Counted from the first letter of the stretch, positions 17,634 to 26,895 are shown. The stretch is 64,000 bases of DNA from an uncultured Verrucomicrobiae bacterium (GCA_963835625.1 CAWIGO010000012.1:28895-92894); one strand, 5' to 3'. The notes: generated from the letters alone by a model not told the origin. A program made the numbers and translations.

Positions 17634-18020
17634 TCACCAAATATAGCAAAGCAATTCGCCGCCCAGGTTTTTCTTGCGCGCCTGCGTGCCGGTCATCACG
17701 CCTTCCGGCGTGGAAATCACCGACACACCCATACCGCCGAGCACGCGCGGGATTTCCGTCGCGCCGACATAGTGGCGCAGACCCGGCTTGCTGATGCGGC
17801 GCAATCCTTCGATCACGCTCTTTTTGCCCTGATACTTGAGTTGAATTTTCAGCTTTTTAATCGTTTTACCATCAACGGACACATCCGCGACGTAGCCTTC
17901 CTTCTTCAAGATGTTCGCAAGACTTTCCTTCATCCGCGAGTGCGGCATTTCCACCGTCGGCAGCAACGCGCGACCGGCGTTGCGGATGCGGGTCAACATG
18001 TCAGAAATTGGATCGGTCAT
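17634..18020 (-). CDS. rpsH: 30S ribosomal protein S8
   Basis: MTDPISDMLTRIRNA is canonical S8. Confidence 0.95.
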   Translation of the reverse strand: MTDPISDMLTRIRNAGRALLPTVEMPHSRMKESLANILKKEGYVADVSVDGKTIKKLKIQLKYQGKKSVIEGLRRISKPGLRHYVGATEIPRVLGGMGVSVISTPEGVMTGTQARKKNLGGELLCYIW

Positions 18021-18056
18021 ATCAAAATCGTAATCGTAATCGTAATCTTAATCCGC

Positions 18057-18327
18057 TTACCAACTGGCCTTTACAACACCCGGAATCAAACCGTTCAACG
18101 CGGCCTCACGAAACGTGAGACGCGAAACGCCAAACTTGCGGAGGTAACCATGACGGCGCCCGCTGGCCGAGCAACGGTTCACCAGACGCACGGGGCTGGC
18201 GTCGCGCGGCAACTTCGCAAGCCCGGCGTAGTCGCGCCTGGCCTTCAATTCCGCGCGAATCGCGGCGTATTTTTTTACCGTTTCAGCTCTTGCGCTTGTT
18301 GCGCTCAATCCATGCTTTCTTGGCCAT
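18057..18327 (-). CDS. rpsN: 30S ribosomal protein S14 (long form) with apparent +1 frameshift near codon 14
   Basis: The canonical N-terminus [14 protein letters not shown] runs from the ATG at 18327 and hits TGA at 18285-18283. The rest ([14 protein letters not shown]...GVVKASW) continues in the +1 frame, 18284..18057. Confidence 0.7.
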
Positions 18328-18967
18328 AATTTCTTTTTGTTCTCGTCCTGCGATCACGAGACCGACTAAATTTTTGCATTTGCGCTTCCAGTTTTGCCTC
18401 AGTGGCTTTTGCCGGCGTTTCCTTCGCTTCCGCCAGTGGAAAACCCATCAGCTTCAACAAATCCAGCGCCTCCGCATCGTTGCGCGCGCTGGTCACAACC
18501 GTGATGTCCATACCCTGCTGGCGTTTGATTTTGTCCAGTTCAATTTCCGGGAAAATCGTCTGGTCCGCGACCCCGAACGTGTAATTGCCGCGCCCATCAA
18601 ACTTGCGCGGTGACAATCCGCGAAAGTCGCGAATGCGCGGCAACGCAGTGGCGATGAGCCGGTCAAAAAATTCATACATCGCGTCTCGACGCAGCGTGAC
18701 CCGGCAGCCGATGGGCTGGCCTTCGCGCAACTTGAAATTCGCGATGCTGTGGCGCGACTTGCTGATGACCGCTTTGCGGCCGGTGATCAACGCGAGTTCC
18801 CTGGCGGCGTCTTCAATCGCGTTCTTTTCCAGCGACGCGCTCACGCCCATGTTCACCACGATTTTCTCCAGGCGCGGAATCTGGTGCACGTTCCCGTATT
18901 TATGCTTGGCCTTGAGGGCGGGCACCACGTCGCTGACATATTTGTTGTAAAGTCTGGCTTTCATCAC
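18305..18967 (-). CDS. rplE: 50S ribosomal protein L5 with about 40 aa C-terminal extension
   Basis: [18 protein letters not shown]... is the L5 core and ends near ...MGFPL. The ORF then continues ([18 protein letters not shown]...) and overlaps the rpsN ATG. Confidence 0.9.
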   Translation of the reverse strand: MMKARLYNKYVSDVVPALKAKHKYGNVHQIPRLEKIVVNMGVSASLEKNAIEDAARELALITGRKAVISKSRHSIANFKLREGQPIGCRVTLRRDAMYEFFDRLIATALPRIRDFRGLSPRKFDGRGNYTFGVADQTIFPEIELDKIKRQQGMDITVVTSARNDAEALDLLKLMGFPLAEAKETPAKATEAKLEAQMQKFSRSRDRRTRTKRNYGQESMD

Positions 18968-19007
18968 TCTGCGTCACAATTTCATCTTCTTCATCTTAAT
19001 TGTAATC

Positions 19008-19283
19008 TCAAGCTGGTGCTGGCGCCGCCGTACCGCGTTTGGCCACGCGCGCATCGAACAAATCGGCCTTCATCAAGTTTGAGAGGTGAATCGTGCCTTC
19101 ACGTTCCACAATCGCGCCTTGCGGGTGGTCCTGGCTCTTGCGTGTATGGCGCTTGATCATTTTCAGGCCCTCGACAATCGCCCGGTTTTTTTTCGGACTG
19201 ACGGCAATGATCTTGCCGCGCTTGCCTTTTTCCGCGCCGGCCAGCACGACCACTACCTCGCCTTTTTTCACATGACACTTCAT
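19008..19283 (-). CDS. rplX: 50S ribosomal protein L24
   Basis: KKGEVVVVLAGAEKGKRGKI KOW motif, at the spc-operon position. Confidence 0.93.
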   Translation of the reverse strand: MKCHVKKGEVVVVLAGAEKGKRGKIIAVSPKKNRAIVEGLKMIKRHTRKSQDHPQGAIVEREGTIHLSNLMKADLFDARVAKRGTAAPAPA

Positions 19284-19375
19284 ATTTTGAAATCCGTTAC
19301 ATCGTTACATCGTTAAATTGTCAAATCGGCTCAAACGATTCACGATTCAACGATTTAACACTTCAACGCTCTGCT

Positions 19376-19741
19376 TCATATCACTTCCGGTGCGAGCGAA
19401 ATAATTTTCATGAATTTTTTGTCGCGCAACTCGCGCGCCACCGGCCCGAAAATGCGCGTGCCCTTCGGGTTCTGTTCCTCGTCAATGATGACGCAGGCGT
19501 TGCTGTCAAAGCGCAGATACGAACCGTCGCTGCGGCGGATCGCCTGGCGCGTGCGGACGATCACCGCGTTGTGCACTTCGCCCTTTTTGACCTGCCCATC
19601 CGGCGCGGCGACCTTGATATGCACCTTGATAAGATCGCCGATCCGCGCATAACGCTGGTTGCGGCCCAACACGCCGATCGCCCAGGCGACTTTCGCGCCT
19701 GTGTTGTCCGCCACATCCAAATGGGAACGAATTTGCAACAT
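19376..19741 (-). CDS. rplN: 50S ribosomal protein L14
   Basis: [17 protein letters not shown]... is canonical L14. Confidence 0.95.
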   Translation of the reverse strand: MLQIRSHLDVADNTGAKVAWAIGVLGRNQRYARIGDLIKVHIKVAAPDGQVKKGEVHNAVIVRTRQAIRRSDGSYLRFDSNACVIIDEEQNPKGTRIFGPVARELRDKKFMKIISLAPEVI

Positions 19742-19750
19742 AAAATCCGC

Positions 19751-20053
19751 TCAAGCCTCCGCGGACGTTTCCGCCGTATTCCGCTCGACTATTTCAATCA
19801 GCCGCCAGCATTTGGTTTTCGACAATGGCCGCGTTTCTTCAATGCGCACGCGGTCGCCCGGCTTCGCCTCGCCTTTTTCATCATGGGCGTAAAATTTTTT
19901 GTAAGCGGTCACCACTTTATGATACCGCAGATGCGGAAAACGGCGCTCGACGCGCACGACAATGGTCTTGGCCATCTTGTTCGAGATAACCTCGCCGACG
20001 CGCTGTTTGCGATATCCGCGCGCCATTTCCGTTGAATTCACAGTGCCAGCCAT
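19751..20053 (-). CDS. rpsQ: 30S ribosomal protein S17
   Basis: Core sequence [21 protein letters not shown]. The start is set at the ATG at 20053; the track's start at 20065 is a TTG that overlaps the rpmC stop. Confidence 0.88.
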   Translation of the reverse strand: MAGTVNSTEMARGYRKQRVGEVISNKMAKTIVVRVERRFPHLRYHKVVTAYKKFYAHDEKGEAKPGDRVRIEETRPLSKTKCWRLIEIVERNTAETSAEA

Positions 20054-20061
20054 ACTCAATT

Positions 20062-20280
20062 TCAAGCCGTTTTGTTTGGCAGCTCCGCTCCGCGCGAGCG
20101 GAGTTGCGAGACGCGCGTTTCCAGCCGCGCGATGTCCCGGCGCAGCGTCCGCAGGCGCGCCGACTTTTCCAGTTGGGCGCTCGCCTGCTGTAAACGCAGG
20201 TTGAACATTTCATGGCGCAGGTCCCGGCTCTTGGCCGACAACTCCACCAGCGTCATGTCTTTCATTTCCGAAAATTTCAT
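20062..20280 (-). CDS. rpmC: 50S ribosomal protein L29
   Basis: 72 aa. [26 protein letters not shown] is typical of L29. Confidence 0.9.
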   Translation of the reverse strand: MKFSEMKDMTLVELSAKSRDLRHEMFNLRLQQASAQLEKSARLRTLRRDIARLETRVSQLRSRGAELPNKTA

Positions 20281-20291
20281 AAGATTCCCGC

Positions 20292-20714
20292 CTACCTCGC
20301 GCGATAATGCCGCGAGACGAATTTGGTCCGGATCGGCAACTTCGTGGCCGCCAGACGCAACGACTCGCGTGCTTCCGCCTCCGTCACGCCATCCACTTCA
20401 AACAGCACGTTCGCCGGGCGGATCACCGCCACCCACGATTCCAGCGGGCCTTTGCCCTTGCCCATGCGCGTCTCCAGCGGTTTTTTTGTGAACGATTTTT
20501 GCGGGAAAATGCGAATCCACATTTTCCCGTGCCGCTTCATATTGCGGGCAACTGCCACGCGCGCCGCCTCGATTTGCTTCGTGTCGAGCCAGCAACGCTC
20601 CAGCGACATCAATCCATACTCGCCAAACGCCACCGTGTTTCCCCTGTAAGCCATGCCGGCGCGACTGCCGCGGTGCATCTTGCGGTATTTCACTCTTTCA
20701 GGCATCAACGGCAT
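20292..20714 (-). CDS. rplP: 50S ribosomal protein L16
   Basis: [16 protein letters not shown]... is canonical L16. Confidence 0.95.
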   Translation of the reverse strand: MPLMPERVKYRKMHRGSRAGMAYRGNTVAFGEYGLMSLERCWLDTKQIEAARVAVARNMKRHGKMWIRIFPQKSFTKKPLETRMGKGKGPLESWVAVIRPANVLFEVDGVTEAEARESLRLAATKLPIRTKFVSRHYRAR

Positions 20715-20738
20715 AATAAAAAAATCCTTTCAAAAAAA

Positions 20739-21416
20739 TCAGTTCGCGGGGGCCTCAACCGGCGCCGACATGGCGGCTTTCTCCTTCTCCGGCTTGTTTT
20801 CGCCTTTGCAAATCCAGCATTTGATGCCGAGCTTGCCGTAAAGCGTGTGCGCCTCGGCAAATCCATAATCAATGTTCGCGCGCAGCGTGTGCAACGGCAC
20901 GCGGCCCCAGTGATACATTTCCACGCGCGCGAGTTCCGCGCCGCCCAGACGGCCCGCGCAACGTAACTTGATTCCCTCCGCGCCAAAATCCTTCGCTGTT
21001 TGCAAAGCCTTTTTCATCGCGCGACGGAACGACACGCGGCGTTCGAGTTGCAACGCGATGTTTTCCGCGACCAGTTGAGCTTCAATCTCGGGGGATTTCA
21101 CCTCGATGATGTCCACATAAACTTCCTTGCCGGTCATGTGGCTCAACTCTTCCTTGAGCTTGTCAATTTCCGAGCCTTTGCGGCCGATGACCACGCCCGG
21201 ACGGGCCGTCAAAATCGTCACGCGGCAACGGTTCGCCGCACGCTCAATCAAAACTCTCGGCACGGCGGCCGCTTCGAGTTTTTTCTTCAGCAACTTGCGG
21301 ATTTCGCGGTCCTCGCTCAACAGCTTGCCGAATTCCTTCTTCTCGGCATACCACTTCGAGCGCCAGTCCTTGTTGACGGCGAGACGCAGACCGATTGGAT
21401 TTGTTTTTTGTCCCAT
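20739..21416 (-). CDS. rpsC: 30S ribosomal protein S3
   Basis: ORF 20739..21845 trimmed to the ATG at 21416 ([12 protein letters not shown]...). The upstream part of the ORF overlaps rplV. Confidence 0.93.
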   Translation of the reverse strand: MGQKTNPIGLRLAVNKDWRSKWYAEKKEFGKLLSEDREIRKLLKKKLEAAAVPRVLIERAANRCRVTILTARPGVVIGRKGSEIDKLKEELSHMTGKEVYVDIIEVKSPEIEAQLVAENIALQLERRVSFRRAMKKALQTAKDFGAEGIKLRCAGRLGGAELARVEMYHWGRVPLHTLRANIDYGFAEAHTLYGKLGIKCWICKGENKPEKEKAAMSAPVEAPAN

Positions 21417-21421
21417 ACCAA

Positions 21422-21754
21422 TTATTCGTCCGACAAAGTGATTTTGATGTGGCACCGGCGCTTGAGAATCGGTCCCGCTGAACCGCGCGCTTTGGGAGTG
21501 AAACGTTTGATGATCATGGCCGAGCCGGCCACGGCTTCCTTCACGCGCAACGATTCCGGCTTGAGGCTTTTGTTGTTTTCCGCGTTGGCGATGGCGGATT
21601 TCAAGGTCTTGGCCACGAGACGCGCGCCTTTGCGCGGGACGAATTGCAGCACTGCCTGCGCCCGCAGCGCCGGCAAACCCTGAATCTGCCGCACGACCTC
21701 GCGCATTTTTTGCGGGGACATCGGCACGTTTTTCAAAATCGCGTGAACTTCCAT
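21422..21754 (-). CDS. rplV: 50S ribosomal protein L22
   Basis: Trimmed to the ATG at 21754 ([20 protein letters not shown]...). Confidence 0.92.
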   Translation of the reverse strand: MEVHAILKNVPMSPQKMREVVRQIQGLPALRAQAVLQFVPRKGARLVAKTLKSAIANAENNKSLKPESLRVKEAVAGSAMIIKRFTPKARGSAGPILKRRCHIKITLSDE

Positions 21755-21756
21755 GT

Positions 21757-22044
21757 TTATTTCCCCTTCGCCTCCACCTTGGCCGTGTGTGCGCCGTGTT
21801 TCCTGAATATGCGCGTCGGCGAAAACTCGCCAAGCTTGTGGCCAACCATGTTTTCCGTCACAAACACCGGATTGAAAACCTTGCCGTTGTGCACGGTGAA
21901 CGTCAGTCCGACGAAATCCGGCGTGATGGTCGAACGCCGCGACCACGTCTTGATCGGCGTCTTGGACTTCGTGTCCTTCGCCTCCTGGATTTTATCCAGC
22001 AGTTGAAAATCAACAAACGGACCTTTTTTAATCGAACGTCCCAT
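21757..22044 (-). CDS. rpsS: 30S ribosomal protein S19
   Basis: [12 protein letters not shown]... is canonical S19. Confidence 0.95.
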   Translation of the reverse strand: MGRSIKKGPFVDFQLLDKIQEAKDTKSKTPIKTWSRRSTITPDFVGLTFTVHNGKVFNPVFVTENMVGHKLGEFSPTRIFRKHGAHTAKVEAKGK

Positions 22045-22048
22045 AAAA

Positions 22049-22903
22049 TTACCTGATCTTCATCGGCAAACCATTCCGGCGAACAACGATAAACCGGTTC
22101 GAAGCCTTGTATTTTGGGCGCGTCTTGCCGCCCTTGGCAATCTTGCCCCACGGCGACATCAATTGCTGCCAGCCGCCGCCGGATTTCGACTTGCCCGCGC
22201 CACCACCGTTCGGGTGGTCAACCGGGTTGCGCGCCACACCGCGGCTGATGCCGCGAATGCCGCGATGCCGCGAACGACCCGCCTTGCCGAGAATCACATT
22301 TTCGTGCTCCGCGTTGCCGACCTGGCCGATGGTCGCATAGCAATCTCCATTCACCTTGCGGATTTCGCCCGAAGGCAGACGAATTTGTGCGTAACTTTCG
22401 TCGCGCGACATCAACGTCGCCGCGCCGCCCGCCGAGCGCACCACCTGGCCGCCACGACCCGGCGTCAGTTCGATGTTATGGATTGCGATGCCGACCGGAA
22501 TGGACTTGAGCGGAAGTGCGTTGCCGATTTCAGGAGGAGCCGTCGGACCGCTGGAAATAGTTCCACCCACCTTGATGCCCGCCGGCGCAATGATGTAACG
22601 CTTCTCGCCGTCCTTGTATTGCAGCAACGCCAGACGCGCCGAACGCATCGGATCATATTCAATCGCCGCGACCGTCGCCTCCACGCCGTGCTTGTTGCGC
22701 TTGAAATCCACAAGGCGGATTTTCTGCTTGTGCCCGCCGCCGAGGCCGCGCACGGTCACGCGACCGTAGTGGTTGCGTCCGCCGGTCTTCTTTCGCGTGA
22801 CGACCAGCCCCTTTTCCGGACGCATCTTCGTAATGTCTCCGAAATCTGCGAACGTGATGTAGCGCAGAGACGGCGTTAGCGGTCTAAATGTCTTGACTGG
22901 CAT
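22049..22903 (-). CDS. rplB: 50S ribosomal protein L2
   Basis: 284 aa with [11 protein letters not shown] and the HPNGGG motif. Confidence 0.96.
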   Translation of the reverse strand: MPVKTFRPLTPSLRYITFADFGDITKMRPEKGLVVTRKKTGGRNHYGRVTVRGLGGGHKQKIRLVDFKRNKHGVEATVAAIEYDPMRSARLALLQYKDGEKRYIIAPAGIKVGGTISSGPTAPPEIGNALPLKSIPVGIAIHNIELTPGRGGQVVRSAGGAATLMSRDESYAQIRLPSGEIRKVNGDCYATIGQVGNAEHENVILGKAGRSRHRGIRGISRGVARNPVDHPNGGGAGKSKSGGGWQQLMSPWGKIAKGGKTRPKYKASNRFIVVRRNGLPMKIR

Positions 22904-23027
22904 AAAAACAAAAGTTTCAGCAACAACTCAGGGAGTCGGCAGGCCATTATTCCTGTCCCTGCTGGGAATCAGTTATCGGCCCGCAACCGTGCTGACCATT
23001 AAGCTTTTCAGGCGAAACGGAGTGGGG

Positions 23028-23055
23028 AAAATATCAAATACACGCCCTGTTGCAA
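23028..23055 (-). promoter_or_regulatory. Putative promoter for the rplB-distal part of the split S10 operon
   Basis: Minus strand reads TTGCAA (23055-23050), a 16-nt spacer, then TATTTT (23033-23028). It lies in the 232-bp gap between the dinB stop and the rplB start. Confidence 0.3.
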
Positions 23056-23135
23056 GGGGTTTTTTGAAGAATTTTGGGACTCGCTATCGCAAAAAAATGA
23101 GCTTGTGCACTTGATTCTCTTGGAAATCGAAGGTT

Positions 23136-24530
23136 TCAATGCTGAAACTGTAGCTGTTTGCTGACTTTGGACAGACGTTTTTCCCATTCGCCCTTGTGCG
23201 CCAACGGGCCTTCGTCGCGCAGGAGCAACTTCGTCCCCGCAAGTGGATCAGCGTCCGTGCCCCAAAGTTTTTTGACCATCTCCCGTTGCGGCACAAATGG
23301 GCATTTCGCCTTCGGATTTTTGAAAGCGTCCTCCATCTCGCGCAACGCCAGTTGCGCGCCGGTCATTATTGCCGTTGGACCGAACCGCCTGTTGAGCGCA
23401 TGCGCCGCGTCGTCGAGCGCACCCCAGCGTTCGGCGTCGGTGCGCCCCCAAAGCGTTGGTTGCGTGTCCAATCGCGCGAGGTTCCAGAATGCGATGCGGA
23501 TTTGCCGCACGGGTTTGGCTTGATCGCTCATGATGTCACGGAAAATTTGTTCAAGCACGGCATTAATGACGGAATTTTGAAACTGCGACTCGCGGAAACG
23601 ATGTGTACCACCGACCTCGCTAAAATCGTTGAACCGAACCGTCAACGCCAGTTCACGCGCCTGCAATTGCTCGCGGCGCAACTGGCCGACCAGCCGCGTC
23701 GCTTCACTGAAAATGAAAGTGAGGGCTGCTTCGTAGTCCGGCTCGTCGTAAGGCAGCGTTGTGTTGCTGGAAATCGTCGTACGATCCTTGACTTCGAGCA
23801 GCAGCGGCTCGCTCCAAAGGCCGTTGGCGAACAGCCAGAGTTGCTGCCCCCAAATGCCGAACTTTTGCCGGAGCAGGGTCGAAGGCAATTTTGCAACTTC
23901 GCCAAATTTTTGCGCGCCGAGCGCCGCCAGTGCGCGTTGCCGGTTTTTGCCAATGCCGGAAAGCTCGCGCACGGAACGGTCCTTCAAAAATTCCTTTTCC
24001 GAACCGATGGGAATTTCGATGAATCCAGGCTTGGCCGCGTCGGTCGCCAGCTTGGCCAGCCGCGATGAGTTGGCCAGGCCGGCGGACACGGGCAACCGCA
24101 CTTCGCGCAGAATCCGCTGGCAGATTTCCTTCGCGTATTTTTCCGGCGAAGTGTTCCGCCAGACATGGCGGTTCATCGTCGTGAAATCGAGAAAGCCCTC
24201 ATCAATCGAGATGGGCACAAGTGTGGGCGAGTATTCTTCGAGAATGTGGAACATGCGCCGCGAGAGCTCCCGATAATCGTCGTAGTGCGGCTTGCAAAGC
24301 ACACCACGTGGACACAGTGATTTCGCCTTGAAGCACGCCATACCGGTTTTGACACCGAATTTTTTGGCCGCGCGATTGGCGGCGATGACGATGCCGTCCC
24401 CTCGCCTGCCGCCACCCACCCACACCGGACGGCCCTGCAACTTGGGATTCAAGGCAATCTCGCAACTGGCGAAGAAGCTGTCACCGTCCACGTGCAGGAT
24501 GCGGATGGGTGTTTTTGTATTCACGGGCAA
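23136..24530 (-). CDS. dinB: Y-family DNA polymerase (Pol IV / DinB-like)
   Basis: ILHVDGDSFFASCE and SIDEGFLD are the catalytic motifs of Y-family polymerases. It has a TTG/GTG start and a C-terminal ...KQLQFQH that resembles a clamp-binding motif. Confidence 0.85.
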   Translation of the reverse strand: MPVNTKTPIRILHVDGDSFFASCEIALNPKLQGRPVWVGGGRRGDGIVIAANRAAKKFGVKTGMACFKAKSLCPRGVLCKPHYDDYRELSRRMFHILEEYSPTLVPISIDEGFLDFTTMNRHVWRNTSPEKYAKEICQRILREVRLPVSAGLANSSRLAKLATDAAKPGFIEIPIGSEKEFLKDRSVRELSGIGKNRQRALAALGAQKFGEVAKLPSTLLRQKFGIWGQQLWLFANGLWSEPLLLEVKDRTTISSNTTLPYDEPDYEAALTFIFSEATRLVGQLRREQLQARELALTVRFNDFSEVGGTHRFRESQFQNSVINAVLEQIFRDIMSDQAKPVRQIRIAFWNLARLDTQPTLWGRTDAERWGALDDAAHALNRRFGPTAIMTGAQLALREMEDAFKNPKAKCPFVPQREMVKKLWGTDADPLAGTKLLLRDEGPLAHKGEWEKRLSKVSKQLQFQH

Positions 24531-24600
24531 ACTTTAATTGAACCCAAAATCATGTCGTGTCAAATCCTCGCATAGCAGGATGGACAAAAACAGTCCAACC

Positions 24601-24642
24601 CCAAAAGCAAAAGGCGCGGAGTGAATTTCCACTCCGCGCCTT
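24601..24642 (-). terminator. Rho-independent terminator after rplW
   Basis: Minus strand reads AAGGCGCGGAGTG-GAAATT-CACTCCGCGCCTT followed by TTGCTTTTGG, about 20 nt downstream of the rplW stop. Confidence 0.65.
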
Positions 24643-24660
24643 GCTAAATTTAAAAGATTT

Positions 24661-24942
24661 TCAGGCCAAAACAATCTTGTCGCCTTTCTTCAGCGTCACG
24701 ATGGCCTTCTTCCAATCGGGCGCTTTGCCGGCCTGCGTCGTGCGCTGGCGTCGGGACTTGCCGCGAACGTTCAGCGTGTTGACCTTCGTGACTTTGACCT
24801 TGAACAGTTCCTGCACGGCCTGGCGGATTTCCGCCTTGTTCGCACGGCGGTCGGCAACGACGGTGTATTGGTTATACTTCTCGCCCTGGCGCGTGCCCTT
24901 CTCCGTCAAGCGGACGGTCTTGATGACTTCAAAAGTGTTCAT
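24661..24942 (-). CDS. rplW: 50S ribosomal protein L23
   Basis: 93 aa. IKTVRLTEKGT...YTVVADRRANKAEIRQAVQELF is typical of L23. Confidence 0.93.
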   Translation of the reverse strand: MNTFEVIKTVRLTEKGTRQGEKYNQYTVVADRRANKAEIRQAVQELFKVKVTKVNTLNVRGKSRRQRTTQAGKAPDWKKAIVTLKKGDKIVLA

Positions 24943-24943
24943 G

Positions 24944-25567
24944 TTATTCCTTCGTCAAACGGGCTTCGACTTTCTCAAACGCGCTCTTGGTAAAGAGTAA
25001 TTTGTCAGGCCGCAAAATGTCGTAGGTGTTCAGCGAATCGCTCGTGGCCAGCATGATGTTTTCAATGTTGCGTGAGGCGAGCGTGAGGTTTTTGTCCGTT
25101 GGTGCAACGATCAACGTCGTGCCTTTCAACTCCAGCGTGGACATCAGGCCGATGAAATCCTTTGTCTTCGGCGAAGCAAGTTTCAAATCGTCCACCAACA
25201 TCACGTCGCCTGCCTTGAGCCGTTCACTCAACGCCTTGCGCAATGCGAGGGCGCGGGTCTTCTTGGAAACTTTTTTGCCGAAATCGCGTGGCTTCGGACC
25301 GAAGACCACACCGCCGCCAACCCACAATGGCGATTGATTGGAACCGGCGCGCGCGCGGCCCGTGCCTTTTTGTCTCCACGGCTTTTTGTTCGAGCCGGAG
25401 ACTTCGCCGACGTTTTTGGTGCAGGCCGTGCCCATGCGTTGCGCCGCCTGGTGCGCCACGACGACATCATGCACCGCTTGCGTGCCTTTTCCGTCTTCAA
25501 TCAGTGGAAACTTCACTTCGAGTTCGCCCTGCTGTTTCCCTTCGATATTTTTGATGGCAATCTTCAT
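24944..25567 (-). CDS. rplD: 50S ribosomal protein L4
   Basis: Start set at the ATG at 25567 (the track's start is a TTG). The KPWRQKGTGRARAGS motif is present. Confidence 0.93.
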   Translation of the reverse strand: MKIAIKNIEGKQQGELEVKFPLIEDGKGTQAVHDVVVAHQAAQRMGTACTKNVGEVSGSNKKPWRQKGTGRARAGSNQSPLWVGGGVVFGPKPRDFGKKVSKKTRALALRKALSERLKAGDVMLVDDLKLASPKTKDFIGLMSTLELKGTTLIVAPTDKNLTLASRNIENIMLATSDSLNTYDILRPDKLLFTKSAFEKVEARLTKE

Positions 25568-25624
25568 CTGTGCCTTTGTCCGATTCAACGGTTCAACGAT
25601 TTAACGATTCAACGCTTGATTAAA

Positions 25625-26479
25625 TTACTTTTTGGCTGGCGCTGCAGCAGCAGCGGCAGGCTTGGGTTCGGCCTTCGCAGCAGCGGCAGGCTTGGGTTCG
25701 GCCTTCGCAGCAGCGGCAGGCTTGGGTTCGGCCTTCGCGGCAGCGCCGCCCTTCCTCTTCATCGGCGCGGTGCTGACCGGCGGTTTCCAGCCCTTGGGCC
25801 GTTTCTTGGATTCGCGGATGATGACATAATCGCCTTCCGCGCCGGGAATCGCGCCTTTGATGAGCAAAAGATTATCGGCCTCGCGCACTTGAATGACTTC
25901 AAGATTCTGCGTCGTGCGCTGAACCTGCCCCATGTGGCCGGGCATTTTCAGACCGCGCATGACCGTGCCGGGAAACAAACGCTGGCCAATGGCGCCGATG
26001 CGCCGATGCCAGCCTTTCGCGCCGTGCGTTGAATCGCCGCCGCGAAAACTGTGACGGGCAACCACACCTTCAAATCCGCGCCCTTTCGTGACACCAATCG
26101 CATCCACAAAATCGCCGGGCGCGAAAAGGGTCGGGCCGACAATGTCGCCGGGTTTTACTTCCTTGGAAAAATTGCGAAATTCCTTGATCTTCGCCACCCC
26201 CGCCAGCGCGGTCTTGTCGCCCTTCTCACGCGCCTTTTCCGCCGCCGCCTTGTCGAGCGCGCCGTGCTTGACGAGGTGTCCCAGCGCGGGCTTCGCAATG
26301 CGCTGCGGCTTCTGACTGCCAAAGCCGAGCTGCACGGCATTGTAGCCATCCTTCCCGGCCTGGGTTTTGACCTGAAGCACGCGATTGGGACCCGCGAGCA
26401 CGACCGTGACCGGGACGACGCCGCGTGAATCATACACGCGCGTGCTTCCGAGTTTTTTCCCTAAAAGTCCGAGGGGCAT
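25625..26479 (-). CDS. rplC: 50S ribosomal protein L3 with repeat-containing C-terminal extension
   Basis: MPLGLLGKKLGSTRVYD... is the L3 core. The C-terminal tail is AAAKAEPKPA x3 followed by AAAAPAKK. Confidence 0.93.
   Translation of the reverse strand: MPLGLLGKKLGSTRVYDSRGVVPVTVVLAGPNRVLQVKTQAGKDGYNAVQLGFGSQKPQRIAKPALGHLVKHGALDKAAAEKAREKGDKTALAGVAKIKEFRNFSKEVKPGDIVGPTLFAPGDFVDAIGVTKGRGFEGVVARHSFRGGDSTHGAKGWHRRIGAIGQRLFPGTVMRGLKMPGHMGQVQRTTQNLEVIQVREADNLLLIKGAIPGAEGDYVIIRESKKRPKGWKPPVSTAPMKRKGGAAAKAEPKPAAAAKAEPKPAAAAKAEPKPAAAAAAPAKK
25647..25736. repeat. Perfect 3 x 30-bp tandem repeat inside the rplC 3' end
   Basis: GCAGCAGCGGCAGGCTTGGGTTCGGCCTTC occurs three times head-to-tail. It is in-frame and encodes (K)AEPKPAAAA(K) units. 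Confidence 0.95.
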
Positions 26480-26519
26480 AAATTCGTCGAATCGTTAAAT
26501 CGTTAAATCGTTACAGCGA

Positions 26520-26828
26520 TTAAATTTTGATGGTGATGTCCACGCCGGCGGGCAAATTGAGCTTTTTCAATTCGTCCACGGTCTTGGCGGTCGGGTCGAG
26601 AATGTCAATCAGCCGCTTGTGGGTGCGTTGCTCGAAAGTTTCCTGCGACTTTTTGTCCGCGTGCGGCGAGCGTTGCACGGTAAACCGCTCAATGCGGGTG
26701 GGAAGCGGGATTGGCCCGGCGACGCGCGCGCCGGTGCGTTTGACGGTGTCCGCAATTTCACGCGCGGACTGGTCTATGACGCGATGGTCATAGGCCTTGA
26801 GACGGATTCGAATGTTTTGTCCAGCCAT
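26520..26828 (-). CDS. rpsJ: 30S ribosomal protein S10
   Basis: [21 protein letters not shown]... is canonical S10. Confidence 0.96.
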   Translation of the reverse strand: MAGQNIRIRLKAYDHRVIDQSAREIADTVKRTGARVAGPIPLPTRIERFTVQRSPHADKKSQETFEQRTHKRLIDILDPTAKTVDELKKLNLPAGVDITIKI

Positions 26829-26895
26829 ACAAAGAACAATTGTCTGTTAATGGTTTAATTACATTGGCCGCTTCACTTCTTGAAAGCGGACGGGG

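Noticed and set aside
20739-21845. N-terminal extensions of track ORFs for rpsC, rplV (21422..21946), tuf (49743..51029), rplL (46300..46734), hemA (57974..), hemC (59249..), the gspE-like gene (..57244), PepSY (..34381) and DUF218 (..1169).
   Set aside because: The extensions overlap upstream genes, tRNAs or REP elements. Canonical N-termini begin at internal ATGs, which I used instead.
25647-25736. Three perfect 30-bp direct repeats, considered as a possible CRISPR array.
   Set aside because: The units are contiguous with no spacers. They are in-frame within the rplC 3' extension and encode AEPKPAAAAK units. This is a coding tandem repeat, not CRISPR.
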